From Cyanophora paradoxa CCMP329 (lineage: Eukaryota; Plantae; Glaucophyta), in contig QPMI01000477.1 in assembly GCA_004431415.1 (NCBI GenBank), positions 372,001-436,000 of the forward strand: a DNA stretch of 64,000 nt, given 5' to 3'. A program made the position numbers and the translations under genes. The notes under the pieces are model-generated. The model had not been told where the DNA came from. It saw only the letters and a list, made by a program, of their open reading frames with translations, and did not search any database. Positions 1 through 12,900 of the stretch are shown here, in pieces; position 1 is the stretch's first letter; the number at the start of each line of letters is the position of its first letter.

Positions 1-2238
1 CCGAGGCGCCGCTCTCGGGCGGGGGCGCCCCCGGCCGCCCAAGGAGGGCCCCCACCACCAGCCGGCCCAGCGGCATCGCGTCTGAGAGCCGGTCAGGACG
101 GTTAGCCCGCCCCGGCGCGGGCGCCGGGCACCGGCGTCGGGCATGTCGATGCTGTCGGCGGCGGCGAAGTCGGTCATTCCGGAGGCGTTGAGGGTCGAGG
201 CGAGGGGGAGCTGCCCCTCCGCGTTCTTCCGCAGGTACGCCTGCAACCCGGCCCGCTTGGGACAGGACGAAAAGAAAGGCGGGGCGGGCGGGGCGCACGC
301 GGAAGACGGAGAGCGCTGCTGCGCGCTCCGAGGGCGTCTTGCCGTAGATAGTGACAAGGGTCAGCTGCACGAGGGCCGGCACGGGCCGCCGCCGGGGCCC
401 GCCGCCCCCGCCGCCGCCGCCGCCGTCGGAGCCGCCGACGGCGTGCCTGTCGAGCGCGGCCCGCGCCTGCGCGTGCTCCGCGATGACAGCCGCCAGCGTC
501 CGCAGGGCCTGCACCTGGAGCTGCGGCGGGCCTCAGCGAACTCTGGTGGGAAGAGGGGGGCGGGGCGGGGCGGGCCTTGTGGGAGAGGCGGGCGGAGGGC
601 GGGGCGAGCGCGATGTCGGCGATGCCCTCCACGACCCGAAGCTTCGCCAGGAGCGCCTGCGCAGGCCGCCTTCTTCAGAAAGGGCGAGGCAAAGGCGAGG
701 GAAAGGGCGCGCCTTGTTGGCGGAGGTGTTGGAGTCGGAGGGGGAGTCCGGGGAGGGCGTCACGAGCAGGGAGATGACGTGCAGCGCCAGCGTCGCGTTG
801 GAGGCCTTCTGGTCCGTGAGGGCGGCGAGCCACGACCCGCCCTGCGTCGCCAGCAGCGGCGGCAGCCGCTGCGCGCAGCCCGTCTCCCTGAAGAAGACCT
901 GGGGAACGATAAAAGTGAGATAGATAGATAGATAGATAGATAAGTAAAACGGGATCTCAAGCTTATTATTGATTTTTATTTATCGGACCTGGTTGGAGGT
1001 GTTGTTTCTTAAGAGGTTGGCGATGAGCTGGAGGCAGTCGTGGACGATGACGCCGCCGTCCGTCCCGCCCTCCTCCCGCACCGTGTCCAGCAGCCGCTCG
1101 AACGCGTTCTCGAACGCCACGATCTGACCCCCCGCGAGGCTCGGCCCGGGCCGGCCGGCCCGGCGCGGCCCCGCGCACCTTCTGGATCTCGGCGTTGTTC
1201 CGCGTGAGTGCGATCAGGAGCAGCAGCGACTCTGCAGTGACTGTCAGAGGGGGGGACGAGGGAAGGGGGGGTACCGCACCGTTACGGATGACGTCGGTGC
1301 GGTCGGAGAGCATGTCCATGAGGCGCGGTATGCCGAGCGGGCTCGCCACGATGCCGGCCTGCAGCAGCGCCGAGTCGTTCTGCAGCAGCGTCGTCAGCAC
1401 CTGGATCGTCAGGTACCGGATCTGCGTAGTGGTCAGCGCGGGGCGCGCGGGGCGCACGGGGCTCGCGGGGCTCGCGGGGCCGCGCGCGCCTGCCAGTCGG
1501 CCTCCTGGAGGAGGTCCATCAGCAAGGCGATGTTCTTCGAGTCCCTCGCGAAGAACGCGGTGTTGTCGTGCGCGACGCGCGACGCGTCGATGTAGGGCTG
1601 CCACGCGTCTGAGCGGCGGGCGGCGGGCGTGTGGGAGGGCGGCGGGCGGCGCCGCACCGCGTCGCGCGGGCCATCCGCTGGCGTCATGATGTTGCGGAGC
1701 GTCTCGAGGGCGGCTATCATGCACTCCGAGTCGTCCCGGTTGTGCCGCAGCACGTCGGCGAGCACCTTCACGCCGCGCTCCCCGAAGGCCTGCGCCGCAC
1801 GGCAAAGTTAGCTCAGGGCGAAGGCCGCATGCGGAACGCTGCTCACCCGGTCGACGGCGCTGTTCTCGCTCACGTCCTTCAGCTCCAGGACCGCGGCGCG
1901 TCGCACATCGGGGAGGACGCTGTTGGAGACGCGCTCGATGATGGTCTCAACGGGAACGACCTCGCTCTGGGCTGCGAGTGCGCGTCGTTAGCGGAGTGGC
2001 CGCGGCAATGGGCCCGCAGCCCGGTCGGAAGTGGTGGCGGGACTGCGCGGAACTCGGGCAGCATCCTGCTGGGCGCCCATACCGGGACTGACACGCAGCT
2101 AGCTTCGCGCATGCGACGGTACGGGCAGCGCGCCGGTGCGGTGCGCGACGCACCCGCCTTGACCAGGTTGTTGAGCCCCGCGTTGAGCTTCGACGCCCCG
2201 CTGACGGCCTTCGTGGCCGCTGACAGAAGGAACGCCAT
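1..2238 (-). CDS. USO1: General vesicular transport factor p115/USO1, N-terminal armadillo head; multi-exon, continues beyond the left edge
   Basis: Spliced exons read MAFLLSAATKAVSG...VETIIERVSNSVLPDVRRAAVLELKD...GVKVLADVLRHNRDDSECMIAALETLRNI...QIRYLTIQVLTTLLQND...SPLGIPRLMDMLSDRTDVIRN/ESLLLLIALTRNNAEIQK/IVAFENAFERLLDTVREEGGTDGGVIVHDCLQLIANLLKNNTSNQ/VFFRE, the p115 head signature. Confidence 0.92.
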
Positions 2239-2329
2239 TCCGGCGGCCAGAGCAAGCTGACGCGGCCAAGTGCGTTTGCTCTGTACCCCGGTCCAGAAGG
2301 CTTCTCTCTTCGAAGGCGCAGCCCCCGCG

Positions 2330-5082
2330 ATGTTCGGGCAGTCTTCGGGGGCGCCTGCGGGCGGCTTCTCGTTCGGACAGACGAACGCAGCACCGAAGCC
2401 GGCTGGCGGCCTCTTCGGCGCTCCTGCCGCGCCCGCAGCGGCTCCTGCAGGAGGCTTCTCCTTCGGGGCCGCCGCAACACCCGCACCAGGTGCGAATGAT
2501 CGTTCCGAACGCTCCCGCCGGCCCGTTCCCGGCCATTCGCGCCAGCCACCCAGAGCGAGCTAACGATCGCGCGGCACTCGTGCAGCCGCAGCAGCACCTA
2601 CGGGAGGATTCTCCTTCGGTGCAACGACCACGCCTGCGGCTGGCGCGGCCCCTGCGGCGACCTCGTTCTCGTTCGGCTCGACTGCCGCCGCGCCAGCAGC
2701 TCCCGCTGCGACCCCCACTCCAAGTTTCTCATTCGGCGGGGCGGCTACGCCGGCTCCGTCGGCGGCGCCAGCCACCGCCGCGAGCTTCCCGACTTTCGGT
2801 GCCACCACGACCACCACGACCGGCGGCGGGCTCTTCGGCAGCACAGCAGCGGCGAGCACGCCTGCAGCCCCTGCCTTCGGCGCTGCAACCACCCCCGCAG
2901 CGCCCGCTGCGCCCGCCTTCGGCGGGTTCGGGGCGGCGACGACTCCGGCGCCAGCAGCGGGGACCACCTCGCTGTTCGGCGCGACCGCCGCCGCCCCGGC
3001 CGCCGCGACGCCATCGTTCGGCGCGGCGCCCGCAGCTCCGGCCGCCGCCCCGCGACGGGCTTCGGCTTCGGCGCGGCCGCCGCCCCGCCGCCACGCCGGC
3101 GGCCCCGGCGGCCTCGCCGTCGCCGACGGGCTTCTCGTTCGGCTCCGCAGCGCCGGCCGCCTCTAGCACGCCGGCCGCAGCCGCGCCGGCCGCTCCTAGC
3201 TTCTCCTTCGGGGCGCCACCCCAGCGGCGAGCTCCTTTGGCGCGCCGGCGTCCACGCCAGCGGCGGCGGCCCCCGCCCCGGCGGCGACGGCGACACCCTC
3301 CTTCTCGTTCGGATCCAGCTCTACCCCGCCGCAGCGCCGGCAGCCGCCGCGCCGGCCGCCGCCGCCGCCGCGCCCGCAGCCACCCCGTCCTTCTCCTTTG
3401 GCAGCTCAGCCGCCCCTGCGGCGAGCAGCACGCCCGCCCCCGCCGCCCCCGCCACGCCCTCCTTCTCCTTCGGCTCATCCACCGCGACCCCCGCCGCCCC
3501 GCCGCCGCAGCGACGCCCGCCGCAGCGACGCCCGCCGCCGCCACGCCCGCCGCTGGGGGCTTCTCGTTCGGATCCTCCTCAACGCCCGCCGCTCCGGCCG
3601 CGGGCGCCGCTGCCGCCGCACCCGCCGCCAAGCCCGCGGCCGGCAGCTTCTCCTTCGGCGCGGCTGCGGCGACCCCGGCGGCGGCCGCCACTCCCGCGGC
3701 CGGCGCCCCGGCCGCCGGCGCGTCGGCGGCGCCCGCCGCGGCACCCGCTGCGACGCCCGCCGCGGGGTCCTTCTCGTTCGGCAGCACACCCGCCGCCCCG
3801 GCCGCGACCGCCGCGGGTGCCGCCGCGACTCCCGCCGCCACTCCCGCCGCCGGTGCGACGGGACGGCCGCGGCGCCGGCCGCGACCCCCACACTCTCCCT
3901 GTTCGGGGCGGGCGCGGGCGCCACAGGCGCAAGCACGCCCGCGGCCGGTGCGCACCGCGCGCCCAGCAACGCGACCGATCCGATCTGATGCGCCGCGTTG
4001 GCGCAGGCACTGCTGCGGCGCCGGCGGCCGGGACGGCGGCGGCGGGGGCGTTGGTCCCGGCTGCTGCCAAGGCGCCCGGTGCGCCGCGCCGCGCGGCTCG
4101 CGCCCCCCCGTCGGCGCCGCCGGGGCTCACTCACGGGCCGGGCCCGGGCAGACGCGGCGTCGGAGATCCGGAGCAAGACGGTGGAGGAGATGGTGAACAT
4201 GTGGGGCGCCGAGCTCGAGGAGCACGTAGCCGCCTTCGCGGCCTACGGCGGCGCCGTCGCCAAGTGGGACCGCCAGGCCCGCCCCGCCCGCCCCGCCCGC
4301 CCTCTCGTGCTCCGCCCCGCCCCGCCCTGACGAGGGGCGCAGCTGACGGAGAACGGGGGCCGCATCGTGGCGCTGCACAGCGAAGTGCAGCGGATCGCGG
4401 CCGCGCAGGAGGAGCTCGAGATGAACGTCAACACCATCGCCGCCCAGCAGGTCAGTCGGCCGCCGCCGCGGCACGGCTAGCCAGCCAGTCATCTAGTAGT
4501 CCAGTTACGGCCAGAGGAGAAGAGGAGGCCCCCCCTCTGACTCGTTCCCGGCCTCCAGAACGAGCTGGAGCTGCTGCTGAACGACGTGGAGGGCGAGGTG
4601 GGCAAGCTGGTCAAAGCGAACCCCGGCATGGCCGTCTCGGAGCGGGAGCAGACCTACCAGCTCGCCGAGGAGGTCGACCGCCAGCTCCTGGGCATGCAGG
4701 ACCGCCTACGCTCCATCATCGAGGAGATGAACCGGGGCCAGGAGCTCGCCGCCTCCCCCGAGAGCCCCGTGCGCCTCCCCCTCACTGACCTTCATTCGCG
4801 CCCCGCGCCCCCGCCCCTTCCTTACGCCGGGCCGGGTCGCAGATGGGCCAAATCGTGAAGATCCTGAACGCCCACCTGACCTCCCTCCAGTGGGTCGACG
4901 CCCAGTCCGTCGACCTCCGCAAGAAGATCGCCTCGGCCGAGGTGCCGTACCCCCCTCCCCCTCCTCTCGGGGCGCCCGTACCCCGCCCCGCCGGCCCCGC
5001 CGACCCGCGCCCGCCCGCCCCGCATGCGCAGGAGTCCGTGAAGAACAAGGCGGCGGACCTTGAGCGTTTGTATCGCCACTAG
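2330..5082 (+). CDS. NUP62: FG-repeat nucleoporin Nup62/Nsp1 (multi-exon; homopolymer frameshifts in the repeat region)
   Basis: MFGQSSGAPAGGFSFGQ followed by many FSFG/GLFG repeats, then an Nsp1_C coiled coil: SKTVEEMVNMWGAELEEHVAAF...VAKWDRQ/LTENG...EREQTYQLAEEVDRQL...QIVKILNAHLTSLQWVD. Confidence 0.93.
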
Positions 5083-5288
5083 GCCCCGGCTGGCTATAGC
5101 TAGCTAGCTAGCAGGATGGCTCGAGCCTCCCCCTTGTCCAACAACGCCGACCTCGTCCGCCCGCCCCTCGACGCGCCTGCGTCCCGCACGGATATGCACC
5201 CCGCGCGCCGCCGCCGCGGCGCCGCGCCGTCGGAGGGCCCGGCGGCGACTGCTATCGGGGCGCTGGCATTCGAGAGAGCGAGTGGGGT

Positions 5289-6140
5289 TTACGAGGGGGC
5301 GGGGACGCCGGCCATGGGCTTGTATATCCTCGGGATCGTCGCGGGATCGGGGCTTTCGTACGCGCCATAAGCATAGCAGACGGCAGCGCCGAGCAGCCCG
5401 CGCTGGAGCGTGAGCCCGTATCGCCTCCACTCGGCCCCTGGCGATGGCATGCCCGTCAGCGCCGGCCGGCGGGGGCCAGTGGTCGCTGAAGGCACCTTCC
5501 CGCTTGGGCCAGCCCGCCAGAGAGCCCATCAAGAAACCCGACACCGTCCAGTGCCCCCGCTCGTTCCACGGGTCGCTTGTTCGCGCCACGCCAGTGAACT
5601 TCACAACGTGCTTCACGAGCCCCGCGCAAACACCTGCGGGCGGCCGGCGGGTCAGAGCGCCCGCCGCGCTGCACGCGCGTGGAAGCCACGCGCACCCCAT
5701 CGCAAGAGGTATATGGATCTGCTCCAGGCCCAAGGCGCCGCCTGCTTACGCGCCTCACTGAATCGGTTCACGGCGGCGTCGGCATTCCACACGTCCGCCG
5801 GCTTCGCATTCAGCGCGGAGTTTCCCAACACCTGAGCGAACCGCTGTGCTCCGCAGACGATGTAGCCTGCGCCGCGTCAACTGTCAGTCGCGTGCGGTGA
5901 ACCGGTGCGCGGCGCGGGCGCACCGCCGCCAGCCAGGAAGAAGGCGAAATGAGCGAAGTTGCCGCCGTGAAAGAATCTCGGCTCCGTGTTCTTCGGTGCA
6001 CCCCCGAAGAACGACTCTCTCGGGAGGACCTCGCCGCGAATAATGACGCGGGACTTCTTCGATTCTTCATCCTCCTCGCCGAAGCCCAGCGCTCGGCGCG
6101 CGTCGTCTACGACCTCCCCAAGAACGCTGGGCGCCTCCAT
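5289..6140 (-). CDS. Small multi-pass membrane protein, possibly of the Tim17/Tim22/Tim23 (NDUFA11-like) family; about 4 exons
   Basis: ATG at 6140 preceded by an A-run. Exons join in frame across GT-AG introns: ...FAHFAFFLAGG/GYIVCGAQRF...SIYLLRW/GVCAGLVKHVVKFTGVARTSDPWNERGHWTVSGFLMGSLAGW.../GAEWRRYGLTLQRGLLGAAVCYAYG. Gly-rich TM helices and an R..D.WN..SGF..G pattern suggest the family. Confidence 0.45.
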
Positions 6141-6333
6141 TTTTTTGCAGAGGGGGGTAGCGTCGTCGTCAGGTCGCCTGAGAACCAGGCTGGACGGCAG
6201 CGCCCGCGCGTGGGGGGATCACCCAAGCGCTGAGAGCGCTGCTCAATAGCGCTAGGCGGGCGCGGGCGTCCATCCGCGGGCGGGTGCGTCTCGCAGCGCG
6301 GGGGCAGGCCAACAGGCTGGCAACAACAAGCGT

Positions 6334-9300
6334 ATGGCCCTCATGGATCTGATTTGGCCTCGAACGAGTGGGAGCAGCGCGCGGAACGCGGGCGCCGCGC
6401 GGGAGACGAGTTCGATTTCACAGCCTGCGATTCCCGACGACGATGCTTGTTCCCACCTGCAATACACGCCGCTGCATCTTCTGAAACTCGAAGAAGGCGG
6501 TGCGCGCCCCTCGTTCGGGCACCCACTGCAGCAGCGGTCGCGGGTGATGGTAACGCGTACACGTACGTACGCGCCGCGCAGATGAGGTCCTAGCGCAGTC
6601 AGATGCCTGCCTGGATAGCTGGAGCAGCGGGAGAGGCACGTACGGGCAGCTGCTGGTGACGCACGTCGGCCTCTGCTTCCTCCCTGCGGACGTGGACGGC
6701 GAGAACGCGCGCGCGGAGCAGGAGCGCGCGAGGTGGTACGACTGGGGCGAGATACTGCGGGCAGAGAGCCCCAGGGAGAGCTCGCCTCTCCGCCGCACGC
6801 GCGCGGCGCTGTCGCTGCGCCTTCGGTACTCCTCGCGGCCTCTCCGGATCGATTTCTTCGATCCGCGGCCCGACTTCGCCGGCATCGCCGATCTGATTGC
6901 GAAGAAGAGCAGCCCGCGAAGCCCGCTCGAGACTTTCGCGTTCCGAAACCCGATCGCCGCCGCCTCGCCGGCCTCGCTAGCTGCAGCACGGGGCGCCGGC
7001 CGCTGGAGCGCGGAGGACCACTTCGTGGCGCAGCTCGGCTCCCGCTCCGGCTGGCGCTTCTCCTACATCAATGCCAACTACGGTCCTCCCTCTCCCCGGC
7101 CCAGGCCCGCCTCGCGATCGCGCCGTCGCGGCTCTGACCGGCGCCCGCTTACGCGCTGCAGACGTCTGCAGCACCTACCCGTACGCGTGTTTTCCCCTTC
7201 GCCGCAGCGATGCGGCTGCTTCGCCGCAGCGATGCGGCTGCGGCCAGCCGCGCCGCCGCCTTACTGCGCCCCGCGCGGCAGGTCCGTCGTGGTGGTCCCG
7301 GCCAACGTCGACGACGCTACTCTCGCCGCCTCCGCCGCCTTCCGCGCCCGCGGGCGATTCGTGCGCCCCGGCCCGCAGCTTCCGTCCATTGGTTTCCCTG
7401 TGCCGCGGCTCGAACGTGAAATTCGCTCCAGCCGATCCTCGCGTACCGCCACTGGAACGGAGCAGGCGCGGGCGGCCCAGCACCCGCGCGCGCGGCAGGC
7501 CGGGGCGCAGCTGACGGCCGCGGCGCGGGGCGCAGCGCTGGTGCGGTGCGGGCAGCCGACGCCGGGAATCGCGGGGCAGGTCTGCACGGAGGACGAGGAC
7601 CTGATCCGAGCCATCGGCGAGGCGAGCGCTAGCCGTGCCCGCCCCGGCGCTCGCCCTCTCGACGCCCCCGCGGCTCACCGCGCGCATGCGCAGGTCACCA
7701 ACACCCCGGTCGTCATCTGCGACGCCCGCAGCCGAACGGTGCCCGGACCGCTGACCGCTGACCGCGGCCGCCCGCCCGCCCGCCCGCGCGCCTCGCGCCA
7801 ACGCGGCGCCGGCAGGCGGCGCTCGGGAACACGGCGATCGGGGGCGGCAGCGAGAGCTCCCGGCGCTACCGCGCGGTACCGCCCCCTGCCCTCTTCCCCC
7901 CCCCCCCCCCTAAGACCGCTGCGGCAGCGGGTGGAGTTCTTGAACCTGGAGAACCTGCGGGCGGTGCAGGCGGCCTACGACGCCGTGCAGGCCCTTTGTG
8001 AGGAGCACCCGCCCCCGGCCTCCTGGCTCTCCAGGCGCGCGCGATCCGACCCCGAAGCCCGAAGCCTAAGGAGCTTAAGGAGAAGGCTAAGAATCTTAAA
8101 GAGAAGTCTTGCTTCTTCGTAAGATCTAAGATTGCTTCGGCAGGTTCGAGCGGACGCGGTGGCCGGAGCAGCTGCGGGCGCTGCTGGGCGCCGCGCGGCG
8201 CGTCGCGCAGCTGCTCCACCAGCGCCACTCCGTCGTCCTCCACTGCACAGACGGGTCCGCCCCGCCCCTAGAGCAGCCCCTAGGACAGCCCTAATCTTCC
8301 TTGGTAATATTTACTTGGAACTGTCTTTGCTGATTTGTCTGTGGCCATGGCTAGAACTTGCAAGCATTTCATTAAAACCATATCAACTTAGAGCAGCCCT
8401 TAGAGCAGCCCTTAGAACAGCCCTTCGAACAGCCGTGCTTCCTTTCTACCTGATCTTACTAAGGCCGGGCAGGTGGGACCGGACGGCGCAGGTGGCGTCG
8501 CTGGCGGAGGCGATCCTGAGCCCGCGCGCGCGCACCGCCGCCGGCCTCGCCGACCTCGTCGAGGCCCAGTGGCTCCAGGCCGGTCCGCCCGGCCGGCCTC
8601 CCTTGTTTCGTCCTCGCTTCCCTCCCTCAGAGCAGAGCAGGGCACCAGTTCGCGACGCGGGCCGGCTTCTCGTTCGCGGGGGCGGGGGCGGAGGAGCAGG
8701 AGGCGGGGAAGCGGGGCCCCATCTTCGCGCAGTTCTGCGAGGCGCTGGCGGTGCTCCAGTCGCAGGCGCCCGCAGCCTTCGACTTCGCGCCGGGGGCCCT
8801 CGCCGCCCTCGCCCGCGACGCCGCCTCCTTCCGCTTCGCCGACGGCCTCTTCGACTCCCAGCGCGACCGCGATCGCGCCAAGTCCAAATCGCTGGACCGC
8901 ACTCCGCCCTCCTTCCTGGATCCCCTTCGGGGCGCCTCGCGCTCCGCGATCCGCCGCTTCTCGGCGGCCGCGGAGCCGGAGCCCGAGGGCGGGGCCGGGG
9001 CCGGGGCCGGGGAGCGGCGGCGGGAGCCGCCCCTGCGCGTCTCGCTCCACCCCGAGGGCATACGCCTCTGGCGCGCCCACTTCCTCCCGGGCCCCGGGCC
9101 CGGCCCGGGCCCGGGATCGGGGGAAGGGGGGGTACCGGAGGAGCTGGAGGAGGCGCCGCGGCCCCCCCACGAGGCCCTCGAGGAGCGCGCCACCGCCTTC
9201 CTCGACTCCCTCGCCCGCCAGTGCGCCGCACGTACCCCCACCCTACACCCCCCCCCCCCCCCCCCCGCTCGAACTTACGGTACCGCCCTGGGGCAGCGGG

Positions 9301-9519
9301 TACGAGCTGGACGAGATGCCAAAGGTCAAGATGGACGGGGCGCCGGTCCTCCGGGAGGCCTACTTCGCGGCCGCGGGGCCCCGCGCCGGCTTCGAACTGC
9401 AGCTGCGGCCGGGGTACCTCGGCTCCGAGGGGCCCAGCCGCGCCGACGCCAGCGCGGGCGCCGGCGCCTCGTCAACGTCGACGTCCGCGGGGGCTGCGCA
9501 TGCGGATCCGGGCGCCTAG
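6334..9519 (+). CDS. Myotubularin-family phosphoinositide 3-phosphatase (PH-GRAM + PTP domain), predicted active
   Basis: WRFSYINANY/DVCSTYP/SVVVVPANVDDATLAASAAFRARGRF/PILAY; LVRCGQP; ICDARS; EFLNLEN; catalytic VLHCTDG/WDRTAQVASLA (8241-8486, split by an intron); GHQF; PIFAQFCEAL..LQSQAPAAFDF. Confidence 0.92.
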
Positions 9520-9945
9520 CTATATAGGCCTAGCAGCAGCGCGGCCGCCAGTGCCCCCTTGTTGTACTCTATTCTGAGCGGGAGGTTGTTTTGTACAGTA
9601 CATGAGAGCCGGACGCAAACGCCGCGCCGTGCGCGAAAACGGGCCCGGCCGCGCGCGACTGTGGGGGCAGGGTCAGGAGGGGGGTACGCGTAGAAGCTCG
9701 AGCCTGCGAAAGTTCGACGGTTAACAGGCTCAGCTGCAGCGCCGCATCGACTCGGCTCGTCTACATCAACGCATTGGCAGCGCTCTACAAGCCGTGCGGT
9801 TTGCGTGCGGGGGCCCCATCGTTTGACGCGACTGGCGTGCTGGGCTGGGCGGCGAGCGCACGGCGTACAGGCCTTCTGCAGCGACTTCGCTTGCTTCAGA
9901 ACGCAGAACTAGCCGCGGGGAGCCGGCGCGCGACGCCCCCACACG

Positions 9946-12900
9946 ATGCGGCGACGCGTCCTCAAGAAGAAGGAGCCGGCGCTCGGGAGCTCGGCCGAGG
10001 CGCCGCCCGAGCTCGCGGATGCGGCCTCCGACTCCAGCATGGCGTCCGCCAGCGTCGTGGCGGACGGACACGGCGACCCGCCGACGCCCGTCAAGCGCGC
10101 CCTGTCGCCCCCCGGCCGCAGGCGAGCGAGCGAGCGAGCGAGCGAGCGCGGGCGGGCGGGGCCGCCGGGCTGGCCCATGCTCTCCCTCTGACGCGCCGCG
10201 CGCGGCCGCGCAGGATCGCGCGGCGAATTAGAAGGTCGCCGTGGAAGCGATATCTTATTATCGGGTTCCTTTCGGGCATCCTGGCGGCGGCCGTCGTTCA
10301 CTTCCAAGTGCACCAACCTATCAAGAGCACCGTCCAGGAGCTCCGGGACCAGCTCATCCGCCAGGCGCGACGCCCCGCCCGCCGCGCCCCTCCCCCGCTC
10401 GCTCGCTCGCTCGAAGCGGCTCGCTCACTCCGCCTGCGCAGCTGCCGGCGCTCTCGCTCTCTATGATCACGAACGCAACGGAGCTGCGAGCGATGCTGGA
10501 CACGCTGAAATTCCCGGAATTCCTCTCCCTGAGCCAGAAGCCGGCCGCCGACTACGCGCGCCCCGGGGCCGAGCTCAGGCGTACCCGGGACCTGCGCGCC
10601 CTCCACCCCGTCTTCCTCGTACCCGGCATCGTCAGCACGGGCCTCGAGCTCTGGGAGGGCGACGAGTGCGCCAAGAAGTGCGTACCCCCTGCCGTCTTCG
10701 CCCCCCCCCCTGGCGTGACTCACGCCGCCGTCCAGGTACTTCCGGCAGCGGATGTGGGGTACCCTCACGATGCTGCAGACGATTCTGCTGGATCGGTACT
10801 GCTGGCTCAAACACCTCGAGCTCAACGCGTGCGTACCCTTGGGGCGTGGATTACTGTACCCACGCCCTCTCTCTCAACGTGTACCCCAGGACGACGGGGC
10901 TGGATCCCGAGGGGATCAAGCTGCGCGCGGCGGTGGGGCTCGAGGCGGCCGACTGGTTCATGCCCAGCTACTGTGCGCTCCCGTACCCCCCTTTTCTTCC
11001 CCCTCCCCCGCATCTTTATTTTTTCTGGGCTTGACGGCCGGCGGCAGGGGTCTGGGCCCCCGTGATTGAGAACCTGGCGGACCTGGGGTACGACAACACC
11101 AACCTCGAGATGTCCTCGTGCGAAATTCCACTATCCCCCCTTCGTCCTCCCCCACCTGGGACTCACACCCCGTACCCCCCGCAGGTACGACTGGCGCCTG
11201 GCGTTCGACCTTCTGGAGGTGCGGGACGGGTACTACAGCCGCCTGAAGGCCAGCATCGAGACGGGTGCGCGTACCCCCCGCCACCCCGCCCCCCTCCCAC
11301 CTCTCAGCCCGCGGCCCCGCCTCAGCGGTGCGGCGGAGCGGGAAGCGGGCGGTGGTTCTGGCCCACTCGATGGGCTCCCTCGTATTCTTCTACTTCCTCT
11401 CCTGGGTCCAGGTCCGCGTCCTTGTTGGACCCTAAGAACCTTAGATTAGTGGATTACTAGACTAGACCTTAAGTACCTACTCTAGATCTAATCTAGCCAA
11501 GGATACCTCTCCTCTCCCGGGTCCAGGTCCGCTCTCTAGAAAGCTTAAGCTTAAGAAAGAAAGAAAGCGTATCTAGAAAGCTTGTGAAGCTTAAGAAAGC
11601 TTAAGCTTAAGAGCGCCGCAGCGCCGCTGGCTCGGCCCCCCCGCCCGCCCGCTCGCCTCTGATCGGGAGCGCTCGCAACGGCAGAGCGGGGAGGGCGGGG
11701 GCGGGGGCCCGGCCTGGGTCGACGGCCACGTCGAGGCCTTCGTCAACATCGCAGGCGCGCCCCTCCCGCCCCCCACCTGAGCTCAGCTCAGCCGGGCTCG
11801 ATCCGTCCATCCATCTCATTCTATCCGTCTGGCTTGCTCACAGGGGCGATGCTGGGGGTGCCGAAGGCGGTGGCGGCGCTGCTGAGCGGGGACAGCCGCG
11901 ACAACGCGGCGCTGGGGCAGCTCGGCGGCCTCGTCGACTCCCTCTTCCCCAGGCACGCCCCCCCCCCCCCCCCCCCCCCCCTCCCTCCCTCCCGCCCCTC
12001 GAAGCTAAGAAGCCGCCCCTCGACTGGGCTCCCCGCTCCAGCCCATGCCCCGCCCCGCTCCCGCCCCCGCCCTGAGTCCCGCCCCGCCCCGCCCCGCCTG
12101 CGCCGCCTTGATACGGCCTCTCGAAAGCTTAAGCTTAGAGCTCGAAGCTTAGAGCCGGCCGAGCTCTAGCCCTAGGCCTAGTCCTAGCCTCTCCAGCCCG
12201 CGCCCCCGCCCTGAGTCCCCGCCCCGCCCCGCCCCCGCCCTGGCCCCCGCCCCGGCCCCCGCCCCCGCCCCCGCGCCGATTAGGCCTCTCGAAAGCTCAG
12301 AGCTCGAAGCTAAGAGCCTCCCTCGCTCCCTCGCTCACGCTTCCCCCGCGCGGCAGGCGGGGCCGGGTGGAGCTGTACCGCTCGTGGGGCTCCCTCCCCT
12401 CCATGCTCCTCCTCGGCGGCGACCGCCTCTGGGGCCGCCCGGGCCCGGGGGCCGCCCCCGACGGCTTCCCCCACGTCGCCCTCTTCCCCGACTCCCCCGA
12501 CTCCAACCCCGCCCGCGTGCGCCGTACCCCCCCCCCCAACCATTTGCCGTACCCCCCCCCCACTTCTCACGGGGCGGCAGCACGGGAACATGACCGTCGA
12601 GGAGGCCCACGACCTCATCTTCAAGGCCCGTACACGTACCCCCCGCCGCTTCCTCCCCCCGGGAGGGCCCCTCACCCCCTCCATGCAGGTGGCTGGGGCG
12701 GCGTACGCGGCGGGGGTACAGGGCCGCTACTCGTACGGGTCGACCCCGCCGGCCCCGGGGGCCGGCCCCGCGCCCCCGCGCTCCTGGGCGAACGCGCTCG
12801 AGGCCCGCCCCGCCCCCGCCCTCGCCCCCTCCCGGCGCCCCCAACTCACTCTCACTCACTCAGGCGCCGCTGCCAGCAGCGCCTAATATGAAGATCTACT

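Noticed and set aside
8268-8432. Telomere-like repeats (cccttag/ccctaa)
   Set aside because: The units are 11-12 bp (tagagcagccct), few and irregular, so this is not a telomeric array.
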